DNA from: Callorhinchus milii
Taxonomy: Eukaryota
Length of the DNA stretch: 64,000 nucleotides
Assembly (NCBI RefSeq): GCF_018977255.1
Contig: NW_024704742.1
Coordinates: 120,282,001 to 120,346,000, forward strand
Direction: 5' to 3'
Shown here: in pieces, positions 39,376 to 53,243 of the stretch
How positions within the stretch are numbered: the stretch's first letter is position 1
Layout: each line of letters opens with the position of its first letter
Translations under genes and position numbers: made by a program
Notes under the pieces: generated by a model
The model's database searches: none
Told to the model about the DNA's origin: nothing
What the model saw: the letters and a program-made list of their open reading frames with translations, nothing else

Positions 39376-41959
39376 ACATTTTGGTAATTGTGTCTTTAAT
39401 TTCTCATATATATTACTCCATACAAACATTAGCTAGCAACACTAAAAATCGTGCAGGATTTCAAGTGTGACTGAGCCAGGCAGATATGGAAACATGGAGA
39501 CTCAAATTTAATCTCGAGGGGAGGGGACAACATCCTAAGATGCTAGACAGTGAACGGTTTGCACCCGAAATGGGAGTGAAATGGGAATGGAGTCAAGAGA
39601 GATGGAGGACAAGGGGGGTGGGAGGATAGAGATGGGGGCGACATCTACTCCTTAAGAAGGCACAGACTCCACCCCTCAAGCCTTCCTGCCCTGAGATGCT
39701 GGTGTCCATACAGAAATAAACAATGACATGCAATTTATGGGTTCATTAAAAATGGTCATAAGGTCTGCTAAGTGAATTTTACGAAGTAGCACTAACAAAT
39801 TTGCACGAGTACCAAATATTCATTAAAGGTAGTTGCAATTTAGCTTGCATTAATGTAATTGTAGCAACAAATTGTGTGTGTGGGGGTGGGGGAGGGGCAC
39901 ATTTAATAATATATGTGTCTCATGTTTGTTAAATACTTGAGTAAGCCTATTGGTCATGTGCGCACATGGAGTTGCAGTGGAGTTCATAATGTTTGAAAGC
40001 AATAGGGGCAACAGCAAAGTTGTGACATCAGAATTTGTTGATGGATGAGAAAATCACAACAGGACATAAAAGAGAATTAAATAAGAATTCTCTGAAACAT
40101 AATTTTTAAAAAAATGATTATTATATTTATATTATATTTAGCTTTGTAAGTGCTTATGGCATCAAGTCACATCATTGTTTTTCTTAGTTGTAATAATAAA
40201 TAATAATCTTTGCACTTATATACTGCCTTTTACGTCGGGAGGACATCTTAAAAAATACGTCATGGGATTTACCTGGAATTCGCCCAAAATATACGGTCAA
40301 TTCACTTTACGGTCTGTTCTGTGAAGCGCTTTGAGACATCTAGAAGACGTGAAAAGTGCTAAAGCAAATGCAAGGATTATTATTATAATTCCTTTCAAGG
40401 CACATCTCAATACATACCTGTTTGAGGGTGCTTTTGGTCATCTTTTCCCGCCCAACTGCCCCAGCTAATCCAAAACTGTGAAGCACTTTGAGATGTCCTC
40501 CCATGAATAAATGTGAATTATATTTACTGTAAAGTATAGTGATTGTATTTCGTACACAGCAAAGTTCCACAAGCATTCATGAAGTAAATGACCAATTTTA
40601 TCTGGGGGATTATTATAATAACTAGTGGGATAAAAATTCCTTTCTCTTGCATTTCGTGCGTTGGGATCTTTAAAGTCCACCTGCACAGGCAGACAGGATC
40701 TCAGTTTAATGTCTGGACCAAAAGATAGCACCTCTGACAATGCAGCCTCTCCCCCAGCACTGCATTAGGTGTCAGTATGGATGATATAGGTTCCAAGTCC
40801 CATGTAGGGCTTATTGATAAGAATACTGGGAGAAACTCCATTCTCTTTTCAAATAGTGGGATTTTTAATATCCACCGAAACAGGCCTTAATTTAAAATCT
40901 CATCCAAAGATGGCACTTCCAACAAACCAGTGCATCCCCACCACTGCACTGGAGGGTCATCTTAGACCGTGAGCTCAAAGGGTCTTGACATAGGAACCCA
41001 CCGCCTTGTGATTCAGAGGTGAGAGTGCTACCATCTGAACCAGGCATAGGAAGCTTGGACTCAACTTTTGCTGGCTTTTTTTCCCAATGCCATTCCTCCT
41101 CTCCCAAGTTGTTTTTTTTGCCTCTGTTTTCCATTTAGCCAGCCATTGGGAACCTTACGATCAATGGCCATCATTTCCTGCTTGGCACACTGTTGTTCCT
41201 CCTTCTTTATTCAATGTCAATCCCAAATTATAGCGAGGTATATTGGCAGTGTTACAGAACTCATTTTTTTTGTCTCTTACTACTTCCCACCCAATATTGA
41301 GGCTTGAGACATTCTGGCTAAACCTTTCTGCTCCATGCTCTTGATATGGTGGTCTAAGTGACTTCTAAAATTTAGATGCTGAGTCACCTCTGAAACGTCT
41401 ATCTTTGATTAGTCTACTCTGATTCCTAAAATTGGAGAACGTGGGTTTTTCTCTCTTGTTTGTCTATTCGTATTCAGCAGGTAAATCCTCTTTGGGGGGC
41501 AGAAAATAACCGACCAGTGGTCTGAAGTTTTCCAGTGACACCAAACAATGCAGTTGGATAGTGTAAGGTGTACCAAACCATTCACAACAATGTAATTAAC
41601 TGCTATTCCACTCTGAACCCAATCCCATGTAATTGGTAAACATCAGAAAGGAAGCAAATAGAAGCTCTAACGAAGAGATTTGCTCTACCTTTGAACTTCC
41701 ATGCCTGACATATTCCAGTCTGCAATAAGGAACAATGGTCAGTCAGAAAACTGTCATATATGGCCATTGAGCAAGGCTTCAGGGTCCTTTGGCATTCAGT
41801 ATTTGCATCTTCTGAGGAATGAACATGGATGTAACAAGCCAGGGCATTACATTCTTATGGAATATTATTACCCAGATGGTTAGCTGAGCATTCCCTGACT
41901 TCTACTGCAAGTAGTTACTAATCAAAGTTTGGACACCATATATGGTTCCACAGCCTCAA

Positions 41960-42600
41960 TTACCTGGTACCCATGAAAACTCACCTTTCCTAAAGGGCAC
42001 AAACATGGATCTCCACTTGGGAAAGGACAATCTCACACTTCTTACACCCAAGAGATTAACATTCCTGGTGACAAAGGAGACCATGCCTTGGAGAGGAGTC
42101 CTTGCATTTCGATGATAAAGAGACTGCAAAGGCAAGTTGAGGATCTTGGCCAGCTCAAATTCCAGATGAGTACATGTACCACCCATGTCATAACAAATGG
42201 CTTTAAATGAGTCAAATACACAAGTTTCTTTCCCATACAGAACCAGGATCTGAACCTGAACCTTTTGAGATCTGATGGCTAGATGATAGCATCAAATGAC
42301 TTTGTTTGCACCAGGTACTGCATCCAGATGTCTCTCAATGCTGTCCACAATCCAGTTCCTCATTTTTGGCCCAGTTGTAAACATGAGTCCATTCAGGTAA
42401 AGCCTAACATCCCAATCTAACCCTGCCTTTCTCTGACAGCTTGCCCTTCCCAGAAACATGCAGATACGCCATAGAAGCAGGGGCTTCTGGTTTACACTTT
42501 CCTGAAAATTCCTTAAGGTTGATGAATTGGACAAATCTGGCCTCACCATCTCTAACCCAGAGTTCTAGTACAGGTGTTAGGTGAGGTGCCATTTAGGTGA
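41960..42600 (-). mobile_element. Decayed LINE ORF1/ORF2 junction (APE endonuclease N-terminus)
   Basis: Minus strand reads MVSFVTRNVNLLG and, after a frameshift, QVEIHVCAL*ER*. This fits the decayed APE motifs (T)WNV and ALQETW. Confidence 0.45.
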
Positions 42601-44140
42601 ACTCCCTAAATAGGGCTGGCTGGTAGGCACTAAGCCATTTTAGTGAGCAGTGACCTTACCCAATTCGCAGTAACCCCTGCTCCCCAGGATGTAAGCCGTG
42701 AAAGGCACAGTACATATGTGATTTTGTTGTTGTTGTTTCACTGCGTACTTGATTCCCATAGGGGCCACTTGCACTCTTGACTCTTGGTACTACCATTATA
42801 AGATAGGCCTACATCTTTTACAGCTATTTACATAATAAACAAATTTCATGTAATATATCTCATACGCACACATTTGAAATGCCAACATACTTTTGATGTT
42901 CTTTGGGCTGTGGAAAACCATATAATATCATAACAACAACAAAATTACATTTGTATAGCGCCTTTCATGTCAGGCAGACGTCCCAACATGATTGATTACA
43001 AAGGTACAGATATATGCAAAGATTTTGCTTTCACGGGATATGGTTGTGTGTAAATGTAGTGCTATGCATTGCAGTTTCTGATTTCCAAATGCCTGCTAAT
43101 ACCACATGCTCTCAGTTAGAAAACTCCTTTGCGCTATCCACTTCAATTAGGTAAGCAGGATGGTCCCTCCAGGGAGAGAGTGCGCATTCCATTCCAACAA
43201 TCTATCTCTGGGATATCCACATGTTGGTGGGATGCATGGAAATCTCAGCTTGGTTTGGATACTCTTAAGCGTGCTGATGGGTTTCCGCATGTCAGACACC
43301 CAGCTGACCCCCAAAAACTTGCTGTGATGATACATTAACATCTTCCTTTGTTAACTCACTAACGCCAGGTTTGACCAAGTGTAGATCTGGCTTGGAGAAA
43401 AATAGTTCTGGAATTTTGCACTTGTTACTCCTTAATTTTTAAGAGTGTAGAAATTTCAAGACTTAAGGAATCATTTCTTAGTGTGCTCTCCTGATATTTC
43501 CTCCCCTGCATTTATGCAAGGCTATATTTTTGCTACCACCGACAGAGAGGAGATTCAGGTCCAATATTGAGATGAAATGGTTTCAGTGTTGCCTTTCTGG
43601 GGTTTGTTTCATGTCCAATAAAAGTATCTAAAATGATTTTCCATCTCTGCTCTGAGGGTGGGTTTAATTTGGAGTTTTAAATTGAGCTGGTTATCTATAA
43701 ATGCTCTTGAATTATTCATTCATGCAACAGCTGGATTCATTTGAATTACATCATGTCATCTGCACAGCACCTCTCAACACTATGTGGGAAAAAGTGGAAA
43801 CAATGTACTGGACCACACCAAATATTTGGCAGAACCATGGCCTCTTTATTTAAGCTTAATCCAATTTCATGTTTTTCTAACGTCATAACAAAACCAATAT
43901 ATTCAGCAAATAAGATTTGATCATGATAGTTGCTATGCAAATATTAAATTTGTTGAAAATAAATGTTCGCTTTATTTCTGTTGAAAATGATCATGAATGT
44001 CTGGATGAGGTCGGATCAGTATAAAGTATTGGAGGACAGAAATGCTAGCGAGTTGAATATTTCTGAATTTCGATTTACGCTCTATGAAGTCCTTCAAACA
44101 AGATTCCGAAAATACTTCTTTAGGCTTTTGTGACACATTT

Positions 44141-44358
44141 GGGACGATTCACTGAAGATCAGTAAATTTACAGACCTTGGCAGGCGTCAACATTTCTGCT
44201 GGTCGGTAAATTTATAGATCTTGGCTGTGTGACCTTATAATGGGATTTTCACATATTACCATGCATTGCCAAGGTCCGTAAATTTACCGACCAGTAGAGA
44301 GTAAAGCATTCTCGTCTGCCAAGGTCTGTAAATTTACTGACCAGTGGAGAACCACCCC
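44141..44358. mobile_element. 218-bp palindromic MITE-like element
   Basis: Two copies of ggtc(a/g)gtaaatttacagaccttggc on the left and two inverted copies on the right; ends are GGG and CCCC. Confidence 0.7.
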
Positions 44359-46304
44359 TATTATTCTAACAGTGTAATAAAAACTATTCATTTCAGTAAT
44401 ATAAAACTAGTAAAGAAACCCCTAATGCAAACAAGAAATACTAAGTATAGGCAACTTTAACTCCTAGAATTGTTGCAATAAAATTCCTGCCGATTCAACT
44501 TTGGCTTTGGCTTGGGGGTTGCCTGGTTTATTTCAGTTGCAGGTGTAGCACCTTTATAACATGTTGTTAATAGCCACCAACGGGTTATACAATTTTGCTA
44601 ATGCCATTAACGCTGGCAGAAAGTATTCCCTTTGAAGTGTTGAAGAAGGTAATTCATTGGAGGTATTATCAACTCGTCCCTTAATTTCTAGTGGAAAAGA
44701 CTCCAGCCACAGTTTCAAATTATATTTTGGGGGGGAAACAGGAGAGTTTAAGAAGAATTCTCTGTCCAGTGATGTTCTAGGGCCCAAGTCTGATTGTAGT
44801 GATCCATGGCTCGCATAGATGGACTCTTCGGTTGTTTGCGAATGTAGGCTAATGCGGGTGGTACACTCCATCTAGGGCTACTGTCTTTACATTCTAGTAA
44901 TTACAATTCTTGTCCAGCTTGGACCACCATACCTGTTAAGCTTCGACTTACAGAATTAAGGCTCCTCAGAAGGATTTTTGAGATATAATAATCCTTGCAT
45001 TTGATATAGTGCCTTATCACGTCATTGAGACATCTCAAAGCACTTCACAGAATATACTGTAAAGTGTAGTGACCATGTGTTTTGTGGGTGAAACGCAGCA
45101 GCCAATTGTGCACAACAGTGTCTCTCAAACAGTTGTGGATTGAGTGACCACATTATTATTATCATATTGTAATATTTAGGTTATTTCCTGCATTGTTTAA
45201 TGGTCCACGGAATATAATCGTTGAAATCCTTCGAAGATTATTACGTTCATAGAATATTTCATTTTTCTTTGACAAGAAGTGTCTTGAGAGTATATAATGT
45301 GTGTGTATTATGTATATATATATATTATATATATGGTGCTTACTTTGCTAAGTTTGAAAGGATGAAGGGCTGAATGATTCCACAGAGATTTTTGCTAGGA
45401 CCTTTCCAGTCTTAAGTCTCAGCCAACTGAGCTACCTTGGTGAACCACCTCTCCTCTCCCACTTACTGCCTGCGTGGCATTTCTGTACTCTCCATATCAT
45501 TGCCATGGTAGGGTTTCTAGTGGAAACCCCACAGGGATAATATGTGAAATATTTTAATCTGGTGTGTGGGTACCAGCAGTAATGAAAAACAATGTAAACA
45601 TTAAGCGTGTGAATTTACTTCTGGCAATATGCCATTATCATCTGTGGAACAGGAGAATATCCAGATTCCAGTGGTCATATCGTCTGCAGAGCTTCTGGAT
45701 GCTAGGAACTTGAAATTCTACCTTAGAACTACAAAGGCTATTGCATTGCCAGAATCCTGGATTTTCAGCCAAGAAAGGATCCATCACCCAAGAGTTTTCC
45801 TATCAACTTATCTAAGGATGAATATCAATATTCAGTATTTCTCTTTTGTGTTTGGCCTTACTCTAATCTTATTTACATCATCTTTGTTTGGATACTCTAA
45901 ATATCCCAAGCTCTGTAGTCAATGAGCCTGCTTAAATGCTGCGCTGTACTAGGCAGACAACCAACTGCTGTAATGATTCCTGAGGCAAGAATAACTACAG
46001 AAATGAGGTGGCCATACAGTAAGTTATCAATAAAATATTAATAATGTATTTTTAATATTTAGATGTATTTCCTCTTCAGTTTATCAATAATTCACTCTTG
46101 TTTTGCTATTAATATATAAAGCTTGATGTTGGATAATCAAACTTTTATAGGAACCTGTTCCAGTAATCGCTGCATTTTTTAAATGTTTGCATTTAAGTAT
46201 AAAAAGATTGTTGAATAAACATAACTTATCACTTCATGAATCTCTGTTGATTAAACATTCAGTGATTTTATGTATGTAGATTCTTATTCAAGTGACTTTA
46301 TGGG

Positions 46305-46808
46305 ATAGTGTGAGTCTGGCTCAGTTGATAGCAGTCTTGCCTCAATTCAGAAGGTTGTGGATTCAAGCTCTGCGTTGGAACTTTCAACTTTCATCGTCTA
46401 GGCTGACATTTTAGTGCAGTACTGGGGAGTTCTGTACAACAACAAAAAATTACACTTATAGAGCGCCTTTCACGTCGGGACGACATCCCAAAACGCTGAG
46501 CTGTATTATTGGAGGCGCTGTTTCTCAGATGAGATATTAAATTGAGATCCTGTCTGCCTGTTCAGGTAGATGTTGAAGATCACATGGCACTGTTTGAAAA
46601 GAGAATGGAGTTTCTCCTGGTGTCCTGGACAATGGTCCCCCAATTATAGTTGGTCATTGACTTCATAGCTGTTTGTGGGACATTGTTGTATGCGAATGAG
46701 CTGCTGTATTCTACAAATACAGTCACCACAATTTACAGTAAAAGCTGTGAAGCACTTTGAGACATCCTCCCGACGTAGAAGTTACTATACCAAATGCAAG
46801 TATTATTC
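46305..46808 (+). mobile_element. SINE family B (Deu-type) with nested L2 tail at about 46437-46500. Other copies at about 32390-32740(+), 40530-40810(-), 40840-41050(-), 58207-58320(+), 61760-62060(+)
   Basis: Full head-to-tail match to the other B copies; the insert is flanked by ctgta repeats. Confidence 0.78.
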
Positions 46809-46950
46809 ATAGAATCATAGAATTATACAGCACAGAAGGAGACCATGCGGCCCATAGTGTCTAAGCCAGCTTTTTGAAAAGAGCTATCCAATTCAATCCC
46901 ACTCCCCCGCACTCTCCCCATAGCTCTGAAAACTTGTCCTCCCCAAATAA
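46807..46950 (-). mobile_element. CR1-type LINE 3' end. Similar ends at about 8708-8870(-), 11243-11440(+), 16715-17012(-), 51540-51685(+), 59995-60076(+), 60533-60770(-)
   Basis: catagaatcatagaat is the reverse complement of the (ATTCTATG)n CR1 terminal repeat, next to gggccg...tggtctccttctgtgctgta. Confidence 0.7.
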
Positions 46951-49900
46951 TTATCTAATTATTATAATTTTCTGCTGTTCTTTGTTTTCTTTTGAAACGT
47001 TATCATCCCATTTAACTTGAAGGTTGTACACTGGATGGTGAGTCTGTAAGGCTCTGGGTTTGAAACCCATGGATCTCCAACATGGGCCTTTACCCCAGCA
47101 TATCCAGTGAGTTTGGAGGTCTAAAGATGTTCTCAAACCTGCAAACTAAAATACTAATGAGGAGGGAATGTTTCATTTTAAAAGTGAATTAATCCTTTGC
47201 TTTTGTCCAATGTAAGGATTTGACAAATGTTACATGTGCTGGATGTGTTTATCTTCCTTTGATGGCAGCTATGTCTTTATGAAATTATATATTACAATGA
47301 TGCACATGAGTTATTCTTATATTAAGAATGTCCAAAATAAAAGTGCCCTTATTGAGCGAGATCAGTTATTTATTCGGCAGATCACAATAACAAAGGACCC
47401 AACTTATAAAGAGAGTGAGTACCCTTCTTCATGAGAAGATGTCTCCTTTTGACAACATCACTGTTTTAAATGTAATCTTTCTGACTTAATCTTCAGTAGT
47501 GGCATCTTTCACTCAGATCTGTGGTGTCTACCTGAAGCATGACTTGCCAGTGACTTGGAGGTTAATTTCAGCTTGCATGGAGAAGTGGGAGAAGTGTATG
47601 TTACAAAATGTGTCGACAATATAACTGAGTGGAATATCCATGTTGTGAGCTCATAAACCCTGTTGGAGAGGGTTCAGAATTGAAGAAATATAGCTAGAGT
47701 CTGCGCTGTATCAGTTTTACACATTCATTTCAACCTCCAAAAAAATGTGTGGGAAGAAAAATTGTGGTGTGTGATGTGATAATTATCACTGAATTAGAGT
47801 TTGGCAATATACTGAGCTCCACAGGTGGAAACAACAGTGGTAGTTGGTGGCAGTGGAGAGCTTTGGCCGATTTGGGGCCAAACATATGTGTTAAAGTTGG
47901 GGGTGGGTGAGGTGGGGGCGGGCTCACGCCCAAACATTTGTTGTGGACCACAATATTCAGCGATGCGATAGTTAACAGCAGTGATACATACATAACATCC
48001 CATTTTTCACCCCTGTAGATTTTATAACACAAAGCAAACATTTTATTTTCGTACTCATGATTTCATCAGCTTATGGCATTCACGCGAGCAGAAACTATTT
48101 TACTTGGGATTTCGTGATCGGATTCATACTATACTTTGTTCAACTGGAAACAAATTGTTCATCAGAGCAAAGTCTTTTGAACATGCACCATCAATAACTG
48201 CAAATCCACTTCTATAAAGGACACCTCTCTGCTGCTGCATGTCTTTCGGCATCTAACTTCAACTTTATTCTTCACCGTTCATACCCATTGTGGAGGGCAG
48301 AGGTTATTTGCTGCTCACCTCCACTTTACTCATAGCCCTTAGTAATAGTAACAATCCTTGAATTTGATAAAGCGCCTTATCACTGTAATGATATCTCATC
48401 TCCCGTTACTTTATACGTAGTAGATTATGCATTCCATTTCACTACAGTGGTCTGTGATGTTCCAGATTCTCCCAAGAACATATCTCTTTGAGTGTTCCTT
48501 TAGTCAATATCTTAATTTTTTTATTTCCCTGCTCGATGCCCACCATTTATATTGTAAAGTGCTATGAGACATTCTTTCACGTGAAAGACACTTTATAAAT
48601 GTACTCGGTTGTTAGTTTGGCCGGATTGCAAATCAGTGCTATTCCCTCTCGTTTCCTTGCCTTCTGGCAACCGAAGGTGAGGAAATGCTATGAAATAGGG
48701 CTAACAGAGTGTGCATAAAGCAAAGGGAAGGATCCCTATTAAAAAAAGAACTATTTCTCTATTCACTAGAATTATTTGTCAAAGAGGTTCACTTTTCATC
48801 CTCTGGGTCAAAACAATTGAGTGAGATATTTGAGAGATGGAGTTGAATTGAGAGATCAATTATTTATTAAATGAATTAATTTAGATCTACTTTGGAATTG
48901 GCCAGAGACCACAATAGTCTTTTCCTGTATTCCTATCCAAATTGTTTGGTTCCTGAGCGCTTAGTAAACTTCTCACTAAGAAAGAATTGGGTTGGTTTTT
49001 GTAGTCTATTTTGGAACCACATCAGGCTGTACATATTTTGTGTGCGTTTCGTTCACAAAATATATAGTCAATTCACTTTACAGTATATCCTGTAAAGTGC
49101 TTTGAGACTTCTCGAAGATGCGATAAGGTACTATATCAAAGGCAAGGATTATTATTTATTATTATGTGAACCAGAATGTTTAGTTTTCAATAGTCCAGAT
49201 TTTAAAATATCCACTTTGAGAATTTTAAAGTGCTGTGTGACTATTTGATTTGTAGAGTTATCATTTATGATTTTCAAATATAGATATTAAAATTACACGG
49301 GTTTAAAGGTATGTCAATGAACTGAAACAGATTTTGCTGCATTATTAACAAAAATAAAATTATAAATTGCAGGATCTGTTGGGTTTGCTCTTCCACCATA
49401 ATGAATGTAATGTACACAACCTTTAGAAAGATAGTTTGTCATTATTATACTTATAATGCAGTAGTAAACATTTCAACACCTGCCGCCTACAGCTGATCAT
49501 TGTTTAAAATCAGATGAAAAACACTTAACTTCAATACCCTCAATACACCACCTGGATAAAAAGAGGTACTATCAAAAAGTGCTTTAAGACACTTTTTAGA
49601 ATTGGAAATGACATGATAGCGAATCCAGACTTCAGTGTTTTTGTAAATTCAAATTGATGGAAAGGTAAGACCCATTTAAAGATAAAGATACCTCTATCAA
49701 TATAGAGGTTTATATCTCTATAAAGATAAGACCCATTTGGCTATCAGGTTCAGAACTCTTAACAGAGACCAAGAAAAAGGCAGCCCAGTCCTTGAACAGT
49801 TGGTCAGAATTAATTTTAAAAACAGACCACTGATATTCTCCTTCAGGCCCCAAACAGTCAGTCTTTGTCCTTTCCAGAGCATCCACCTGCTTACTAGGGT

Positions 49901-50781
49901 TTCAGGCAGAAAAATAGTCAGTGAGAAGCCAGAAAAAAGGAGCCAACTAACAGACCTGCTTTCACCTGTGTGCCAATGCTGACTGCAGCCAAGTTTCATC
50001 CTATTCCCTTTGGCTGATGTTTGTGCAGGATGTTACCTAAGAGCTCTTTAGTAACCATTGAAGAGCAATAAGATTTGATATTCGAGTCATTGCTTGATGT
50101 TTGAGCCATTAAAAAAAATTGGTTACTGGCTGTTTGTGGGACATTACTGAGCGCAAATTAGCTGTCGCATTCACTTACAAAACACACTGCACTTTAAATA
50201 TATTCTGTGAAGCACTTTGGGATGTCCTCTTGCTGTGAAAGGTCCTATACCAAATGTAAGGATCATTCATTATTATTATGATAGTATATCTGGGCTATTT
50301 AATATATAATGCACAGTATTTAATAATAGGCTCTTGAAATGTAGTGGGTTTTTCTGCTGCAGTTAGTAGCAACGTCCCAATTTGACTCTTTTGAGTCAAG
50401 TCAACAACTATGCACATGCTATTAAATAGGATTGATCAGATACATTCTGATTCCAATAGTTTATCATAGCTACAGCACTCGATGTATCTACCCATTCTTG
50501 ATCTCTGCCATCTAAGCAAATTCAAGATGGCAGCCTTGTACTAAAACACAAACAATATCTACGAAACTGATTATCCTTAGTACTGTGGTCACAGCATTTG
50601 ATATGCCTAAATTGCATTGAAAGTACTTATTTTCAGACATATCACTTCTGGTGCATTAACTAAAGTGTTTCTGTCATCACCGCTTTAACACCTGCATGCT
50701 TATGTCATGTGGAGATAGTGAACTTTTTCTGTCTTCTGAAAACTGGGATTAGCAATGTCCTAATTGGATCTCTCGTAGGAC

Positions 50782-51244
50782 TTTTTTTGGGGTGTCTGAC
50801 TCTTGAGGAAACCCATCGCCATGCTTAAGAGCATCCAAATCAGACTTGGGAATTCCATATATGAATGCCACCTACAAGTGGAAATTTTCATCTGAGATGG
50901 CTTCAAGATAATGTGCTTAGCCATAGAATACCGCAATCAGGTCAATCCTTTGTGATAGTCTCAGTCATTCAGTTCTTAAGCCAGGCAGGCCTACAGTGTT
51001 CCAGGGCAAGGCTGATAACAGACCAGCCAGCCTGACTCATCAGTAGGATGCGGAGAGAGCAGATTAATCACGAGGAGCAGGGAATCTTCACGCTCAGCTC
51101 CTTTTAACCAAGCAAGCCAAAGTGGCTGCTAGTGTGGTGTTAGATAACAAGATGCTTGCCAGACAGCTATGCAGCAATCAATGCGGTTTTAACTAGTTAA
51201 ACTCCAGCAGTAAATCCAACACACACTCTAGGGTCCCCAAGCTT
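50782..51244. mobile_element. LINE family C copy with inverted 5' segment
   Basis: 50782-50888 is the 3' end on the minus strand; 50892-51244 is the upstream part on the plus strand. Confidence 0.72.
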
Positions 51245-51246
51245 AT

Positions 51247-51370
51247 AACCTTGTGATAGTTTAGGATGCAAGCCTCATTATAAAACTGTATCTCATGAAG
51301 TATAAGACAACCTTGTGATAGTTTAGGATGCAAGCCTCATGATAAAACTGTATCTCATGTAGTATAAGAC
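51247..51370 (+). repeat. 62-bp tandem duplication (2 copies, 2 mismatches)
   Basis: aaccttgtgatagtttaggatgcaagcctcat(t/g)ataaaactgtatctcatg(a/t)agtataagac at 51247 and 51309. Confidence 0.95.
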
Positions 51371-51899
51371 AATATCCAGCTAAAATTACTCTCCCAAATA
51401 ATGGCTAAATTCTATCTCCCTCTGGCAAAATTATTCCCTCATTTCCTTATTCCCCTATCCCCCCCCCTCCACCCGACTGGTTTCTATGAAAGTGGATTAT
51501 TTCCATGCTTAGTATTCACCAGGATAGTTTTTTGTAGGTAGTCAAAGTGAACTAGATAAATACCTAAAAAGGAATCAACTTTGGGGGTATGCGGAAAAGA
51601 TTAGGACTGAAAGGATTGCTCTTAAATGAGCCAGCACATGATGGACTGAATGGTCTTCTGGGCTGTAAATTTCTATGGTTCTATGGAAATGTGTGTTGCA
51701 CTTAAAAGGACAAATAATACAATAGCAGTTATAACATCATACCAGAAGGGTCAGCGATGCATGAAGACTTTGTAAAGAAAACCTGGGAGATTAAACCTTA
51801 ATTAATTTTCTTAGGTATGTCAAATGTTAGGGCTAATACTTAATTATGAAACTATTGGTACATGGAAGATACAACTGAAGAAAAAAAGAGAAACCTACC

Positions 51900-52545
51900 T
51901 AGTAAGCAATAACACATAGTGTAACATCTTGGAACATTTTATGAAGATGATGGTGAACACTGTGCAGGGATTGGAGAGGAGCAAGTTAACTGTAGGCTCA
52001 GTCGAAGAAATAGGTAGGTTTTCCGGTGGGTTTTGGAGACAGGTAGAGAAGGAGTGAGATGGATGGATAGGGACATAGTGGCTGAAGACTTCGCTAAAAT
52101 GATGCAGTAGATGGGGTGGGATTGCTGAGTAAGCTTGAGTTTGCCGAGGGGAGGAGTGAGCAGAAGAATGAGGTTGGGGAAAATCAGAAGTGAGTGTGTG
52201 ACGGGATTTGTAAATGAGGATGGAGAATTTGAAGTTAATCCATTTGGAGATGGGGAACCGTGGAACCTGGCGAGGTGGGATCATTGGACATGAGGTTTTG
52301 TGTGAATAAGGTTGAGTTTTGGATGTGCTGAAGCTTGTGGATGATGGAGCTGGGAAAGCTGGCAAGGAGGACATTTGAAAAGTTGAGTGAAAATGATGAA
52401 GGTGTGAATGAGGATTTTGGCAGCTGTGGGAATGAGATAGAGATGGATATGGGCATGGGACGAAGATGCAGAAAAGCGGTAAGAAAAATGACAGGAAAGA
52501 GAGCCGAGGGTTGAATTAAATGCCAAGGTTTTGCACTGATTCAGT
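51900..52545 (-). mobile_element. Old L2 LINE 3' fragment. Shorter ones at about 1600-1950(+), 4200-4585(+), 29395-29630(-), 57872-58140(-)
   Basis: TAAKILIHTFI, PSSIIHKLQHIQNS and INFKFSILIYKS are degenerate L2 ORF2 motifs. Confidence 0.7.
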
Positions 52546-53199
52546 GAATTTGGGAGAAAAGTGAAGCACTTACTTGGTGGTGTGAATATATAAGTCGAAA
52601 ATCCGGTTTTAAGTTCACACCATCAAGGTTGGTTCATTTACTGATTAGCTGATAATCACCCCGAAAATATCACTCCCACTGTTTTCAGCATTATTAACCT
52701 GACATGTGAACGATTGGCCAAAGTTTGATTGGGTAGATTATCTGTCTGTATGATGAATCCGATTGTGCATCGGCTAAACAAGTCATTGATATAAGCTGTA
52801 AATACATTAATCTGAGCCTTTTTAAAGCTCAAATCCTCTTCTGTTTCTAAAAGCTTGAGAACTGTTTACCATGGCTGTGTCTCGAGACATACTGCTTCTC
52901 TTCACCTCAACATGGCAAACCATTTTCCTTTTACTGAGTTTGTGACTACAAAGATCAAGTTTAAATGTTCTATTTGGCAGGGCTCCTGCTGGCTGTACGC
53001 CAGGACCTGTAAGCGTGCTGCTTATGTGGTTTACACTGGAGTGCTGAAAATGCCAAAACTAGCTGGCAACATAGTAGACGGGCTGATCATCGTCTGCAAG
53101 TATTAACTATACTACGTTAATGGAACAGCTATATAAAATCAAACACTATTTTATTTGCTACTGAATTCTTCAAAACTTTTTTTTCCCCTCTCTTCTTAG

Positions 53200-53243
53200 A
53201 TATGACATCTGCACCTATAAAAACAAGCCTTGTGGAACTCTGG
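53200..53243 (+). CDS. ADAMTS6: ADAMTS6 internal coding exon (44 nt)
   Basis: Long pyrimidine tract ttttttttcccctctcttcttag|ATATGAC ... CTGG|gtaagt. Translates (R)YDICTYKNKPCGTL(G); phases 2/1 match both neighbouring exons. Confidence 0.95.

Noticed and set aside
44141..44358. CRISPR-like repeat array
   Set aside because: Eukaryotic intron, the repeats switch orientation, spacing is irregular and there are no cas genes.
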